The notes under the pieces are model-generated. The model made no database searches and was not told the DNA's origin. It worked only from the letters and a program-made list of their open reading frames with translations. 64,000 bases of DNA from Antedon mediterranea. Its lineage: Eukaryota > Animalia > Echinodermata. Both the position numbers and the translations under genes were made by a program. Each line of letters starts with the position of its first letter. Positions within the stretch are counted from its first letter, which is position 1. This document shows positions 49,370-64,000 of this stretch, in pieces. Where the stretch lies: the NCBI RefSeq assembly GCF_964355755.1, contig NC_092675.1, positions 7,435,812-7,499,811 of the forward strand. Direction: 5' to 3'.

Positions 49370-50147
49370 GGGCGCGTTTATACAACACGCTATTACACGC
49401 ATATTCTACACGCCTACGAGAAGTGTGTTGTATAACAACAAAGAGATTCCGTGTAATGAGATTTTAATTGCAAAAAAGGCTACTTGGCTGAATCCTAAAA
49501 ATTGGTGGATTCCCGGTCGCCGTTACCGTGTTGGAAGTGTCCTCAGGGTATATTTTGACCTCTCGTTAAAACAGGTCGTAATATCAATCATGTCATGCGA
49601 CGTCTAACAAGATTGGGCCCATTTATTGCTGCTTCGCTGCCAGCAATCATCCTCCTACCACGTCTTACGCCTAGCCTGGTAGGGCCAACTCGTAGTGGTA
49701 GTAGGCCTCTATAGACTATCGTTTCCCACTCCAAACAGAATAAAAAATAACATCGCAAAAATGGCATCTTCTTCCATAGTGTATAGATGAAACAATGAAA
49801 CAAACCCTTAAAATAACTTTTATTAATTTAAATGAACCGAGAACAAAATAAACAACAATGCAAACGTGAACGAATACAATAATGAAAACGGTAAAAACCG
49901 CGCGAATACATCGGACAGTGAGGAGGCCACGATGATTTGTTGACAACCCAGCCAACAATTCAATTCAAGCGATCAACGATTTGACCTTTTATCCTAGCAT
50001 GCACTGCGTGTTGATGAAACTTCCGGTACAACACGGTATCGTGATTTCTAGTATAACAGCAAACGTTAAGGTGGGTTGACCTCGGTCCGAACAACACGCT
50101 AAAAATTAAAGCCGTGTTCAAATTTAGGGTGTTGTATAAACACGACC
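49370..50147. mobile_element. Harbinger-type non-autonomous element nested in a family C Kolobok MITE
   Basis: TIR GG(G/T)CG(C/T)GTTTATACAACAC with 3-bp TSD AAA. Removing the element restores ...ctacactatcaaagtttat... of the MITE. Confidence 0.85.
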
Positions 50148-53100
50148 AAAGTTTATGTGACAACAAAATGCGATTTGCCCATATATAAATATATGATGAT
50201 GTTATATCATTACCAATACAGTATTTGAGCACATCAAATACTTTTTAGTCAAACTACTGTATAATTTTGATAGTAATTAGTATAGAGCTTTTAAGATTTT
50301 TAATTGTTTTAGAGGGACTTTACTGTACACTCTTTACTGTACACTAAGTACAGTAACTGTTTAGTAATATCAAACATGTAAATGTTTAGTCACCATTTAC
50401 ACACCTCGGAACGCTTTGCAATCATGCAAATTGAATGATTCTCAATATTTTTACTGAATGCAACGATTAAAAAAAATATAAATAACAGTCTACAGTAGGT
50501 ATAATTTATTATTTTAAAATGCATGCAAGTTCTCCAAAAGTTAATGATGGAAGAAATTTATATGAAAGTTAAACTAACATTTTTATTTGGCCTTAACTCT
50601 GGTTTATTTTTAGCATTTAAGCAGATGTCCATTTATTAACAAAATACAGACAGCATTACCAGATGATAACAATTCAATTAATATTCATGCAAGTAATAAT
50701 TGTCTCTGGGGGAGCTCTAAATAACAAATGGTTAGCATGGCAACTGCCAGGCACTTTTCAGCTGCTAAAATGTGCATGGACATTTACTACTGCTAGTGCT
50801 AGTGAAAATTGTCATTTCCATGCATGCTTTAACTATTTAATCAGGGAACATTTTTGCTGTTGTATTGTAGATACAGCAAATGTTAACAAACCTACCCAAT
50901 GCTACACCTTTATTGGTATAGTATACTTTCATTTCATTATTTATTTGGTCTATTTGAGTATATACCATAACAAAAAAAACTGGGGAGACCAGGGTCAACC
51001 TAAGTGAACTTAATCACTGTAGCTGAGCCTGTTGACCCAACCCCAAAGTCAATTTACACATAAAAGACATAAAGACAAAATACAGTTACAGCGAATCAAA
51101 ATGAATAACGAACTTTCTAATGAAGGCTGATGGGCTTTCTAGAACTGCAGCATCTATTTGATTTTGATTTGATTTGATTTATTCAATATCGGCTCATTAC
51201 AATTACAACAGAATACATAAAAATATATAATGAAACAAAAAGCCAGGATTGTCACAAGCGAACCCAATCACTGTTTAAAGACTTTCCTTTAAATAACATA
51301 AATAAAATATAAAATAAATGATGAGAAAAAATTATCTATCAACGGTCTCGGAAGCTGGTCCCAGACACGGGGTAACTTGATTTCTATAGAATGGAAAAAA
51401 GCCTGTGTAGCACAAATGCAGTATACAACTATGTTTCTTGCATCTCAGACTCAAATTGATCACCAAGTAATTGCTAATCAGTATGCCTACCTGTTGACCA
51501 TCATAAACATTTATCATAATTTCTGAATTACTGGTACTGGTACAATAAATTAAAAATTCTGATGCCAATTGCAACTGTATTAAAAAACAACCTGTTGATT
51601 TACAGTACCTCACAGTCCTTAATGTTGCCTGAAATCACTGATGAAACTTACAGTAGTATGGTATAAAGAACTTTATGGAGACAACTTAATATGAAAAATA
51701 TTATGATCAAATTAATACTTGGAAAGTAATAAGTGCTTGGAAAAAATAACAAATAAATTGACAGTAATTTTACTATTGTATGCTCAGTATAACTATAAAC
51801 CAAAAAACAATGCATGGAGAAACCCCATAAGGTAGGATTTGTCCAGTAAATGGCCAAATTATTGTCATTTTCTTCCAACTTTACAGTACAGTATTACTGT
51901 AGTACTGTAACTTGAATCATAATGTTTCTTGTGTACAGTAGTACAGTACATGTACTGTACTTCAATCAGTAACAGTTTTTGAATATTTTAACTAACATCA
52001 TTCCAAATCCCACATCATGTCAAATTAGTCTTTAAGAAAAAAAGTGTGTTGACTTTAATATATTGGCACATGCAGTGTTTCATGATCTTTGAATGATGTC
52101 GTCTGCTTTTGATTGTTGCTTTTCCTTGATATAGAAAACTACCTGTGTACCAACAAATTAAATTGTGTTTATTGTTATTATCACCTGATCATTTCTGATT
52201 TATATTGAATGTTAATAACCTCAATACATAATGTTTGCAGGGTTATATACTATGTAAATGTTTACATTTTGATAAGTAGTAACAGTATGTCCTGTTTGGT
52301 CATGACAGTCATTTTGAACTTGAATTAAGCTTCAGAAATTCAATTAAATATTAACTTTGATAAATATTTGAATACACTTCTTGGCAATATTACTGTACAG
52401 TATATCCTCTGTGGTATAATCACCCCTGCACGCCTTCCCTTCCCCTTCCCATAGAACACAAAATTGGGAAGGGGGATGTAAGACTATACCCGGAGAAAAC
52501 CTGGTTCCAAAAATAAAAATGATTGGTAAGCATTTCTTGTAAAAACTCATCTGAACTGGCTAGAGAGAGGCCTATAAATAACTGTACTGTACATAACTAA
52601 AAGTCAATACTGGGACTAAACCCGGAGATATGTTTGTGAAATCAGAAATAAGTGGGTGGGATTAGACCTGAAATGGGTTTATAGCCAACGATACAGTATT
52701 ACTATTAGTAACTGTATTCTCTCTGCAATACATGAGTTTATAGTACTCTGTACCAAGTCAATAGCCTACTGTGTATAGAATCATCAAATACTGTAGTAAT
52801 CCATCAAATGAAGTGACATTGTATGTACTTAAATGTGTTTTCCTACCTGGGTATTAGATAGTATACTGTACAGTACAATAGTAAATATTTTTTATTGAAA
52901 TTTTGTTTTTTGATATTTAGGCAATTTGCCAAGGATTTCGAAAAGACCAAACAAAAACCACCTTACAGTATGTTGGCGTAACTTGACTGATCCTAAAAAT
53001 ATGCCCTATCCCTATCCTAGACAATTTTCCCAAATTAAGACCATTTTAATAACATTGATAAAAAAAACAGTGGCTGAGTTTTTTCTTTTATTCTTTTTTT

Positions 53101-54451
53101 TTTAAATTAAAAAATTATATAATAATACCTAATTATATTTTATAAACCTTTTTTTTATTGGCCTAGGCGAAATCATTCACTATCGTTTTTAAAGGTGGCA
53201 ATCCTACAGGAAAACATACAAGATGCAATTCTATACACATAAAGTATAGAGTTGAGTTTTTTTTATAAGAGAAAATCCTGAAATCTGACTGGATTTGAAC
53301 CCAAGACCCTGGGTGTAAATAAAATGGTATTACAATACTGTAATCGCTAACAATTCCATTCTCAAAGCAAGCAAACCTTTTTTGTTATTTTATCAATTTT
53401 CCACCTCATGTGAGGTGGAAGTTTATATAATAACATGCACTGAATGTGATGTCAGCATTATGTCACACATCCCTTTATGCTGCAATAATATAACATTCAT
53501 GGACTTTCATCCACCAATATAATAGAGTGTTGCCACTGCCAGAGGCCATTTCTTTCATTTCGTAACAAGATATTCATCTTCAGATAGGTATTTCAGCACC
53601 TGAGTAGACTTAACTAGGCCAGGTCAGCATTTTTTTCTTCTCAGGTAATTTCCACCTGTGGGGCTTGGAATCAGCATTTGGCCTACCAGACAGTTTCTTA
53701 GAAAACTTCAGAGAGGCCCTTTCTCACCCAATTAGCTTTTATCTCCTTGATGCATACACTCTGTTAAAGCATAAGAAAGGGTATCCTGCAGTGAGTCTCT
53801 GTTTTTCTACTATGGTAGTCCCATCATGTTGGCTTTTAATATGGAAAAAATAAACAATGGATATAGCACTCATTATTGTCGGTTTTTCTTTAAAGTTAGA
53901 CTGTCTTGCGTAGCTAGACTAAAATAATTCCATAATTCTAGACAGGTAATTTAAGATTCTGTTTTATTAGTATATATTAAACCTTGTCATGTTGCTAGCA
54001 TGTACTGTAGAGCCTGTGTCTCTACGATCAGTCAGGGAATTTTAGGTGATACATTTAAGTAAGTTTGGAATGATCTTTTAACTATTTATTGGAAATTCAA
54101 TACTTTTTTAAAATTTGATTCGATAGATTTTAGGAGTATTTGAGATTAATTAATAAAAGTTAAATTTTATTTAACTAAAAACAGTACCTTTTTTTTCAGT
54201 ATTTCGTGAATAGTGATACTGTAATATTAAATTACGTGGAGCTCTCATTTTGTGTACAAACATCTTTATAAAAGACGTAACAGAAATAAAAAAAAATGTC
54301 ATGTTTTAATACAGAACTGGTTTTTTTTTTCCTTTGTCAGATTGGGTAAAATTTTATGAATGTTAAAAAGTATTATTGTTAAATGTTACTGTACTGTAGT
54401 TTGATTGTTTATTTTGTGTAATCATTTGTATTATTCTCTTCCGTAGTTTAA

Positions 54452-63574
<9,123 letters not shown>

Positions 63575-64000
63575 TGAAGCCACTTGAAAGAATGTGGTGT
63601 TTATAGATGCTTTATTGTGACCATATTCCTACTGTACTGTACATTTTTTCTCATTACGTGCAATAAAAAGAATATCATTCCCTCCTTTGGGACGTGATTT
63701 CTTTTTTCGTACATAAGTTGGGAATCCCATGTGAAAGATAGCCGAACTACTTCCTAAATATAACTAAACCTAACCCTCTAAATAATATCTCTCTCACTAT
63801 AAAGTAAAAAGAAGTAGTCGAACCCCATACATCGACATGTAAAGTCCATAATCTTATCCACTCGACTACACAGACAGCTCGACAGAAAGCGTTTGCATTA
63901 GTGAATTGTAGTTAGCACAATTCTTACGTCACACCTGATGGATATGACTAATGAATATTCATGTTTATTTTGTGACGTTTCATGAGGGGTCCCCAACTGT

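Noticed and set aside
50663-51878. Short ORFs in the CDKL upstream introns as a nested gene
   Set aside because: Low-complexity AT-rich translations with no motifs and no consistent splice chain.

Overview
AT-rich, intron-rich animal DNA, probably a marine invertebrate (inferred from the SINE/MITE repertoire and gene content; species not determinable). Genes assembled by hand from GT-AG junctions: (1) the last 4 coding exons of an ABCA1/4/7-type transporter (+, 1-2074), whose last 31 codons plus stop are amplified into a ~10.5-copy tandem array; (2) a complete 10-exon, 617-aa divergent MCCC2-like carboxyltransferase beta subunit (-, 14337-8782) with a degenerate biotin-side active site; (3) two complete tandem 11-exon CYP4V-like P450 genes of 512 aa each (+, 15864-24241 and 26040-41067); (4) a small 3-exon coiled-coil gene missed by the ORF track, with an RFX/FOX-type promoter (+, 42233-44890); (5) the 5' part of a CDKL2/3-type kinase with an X-box promoter (+, from ~46.4 kb). 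Non-coding DNA holds many non-autonomous transposons (Kolobok, Harbinger, MULE/foldback, hAT, pogo), LINE 3' ends, tRNA- and 5S-derived SINEs, and Penelope-type hammerhead relics. The most unusual signal is a dense set of apparent transposon excision scars. TACAGTA/TACTGTA is shown, by comparing repeat copies within the window, to be an exact 5-bp insertion at TA sites. There are also tiny CATGG...CCATG palindromes with 7-bp target duplications (P-element-like footprints) and TAGGCCTA clusters near gene 5' ends.
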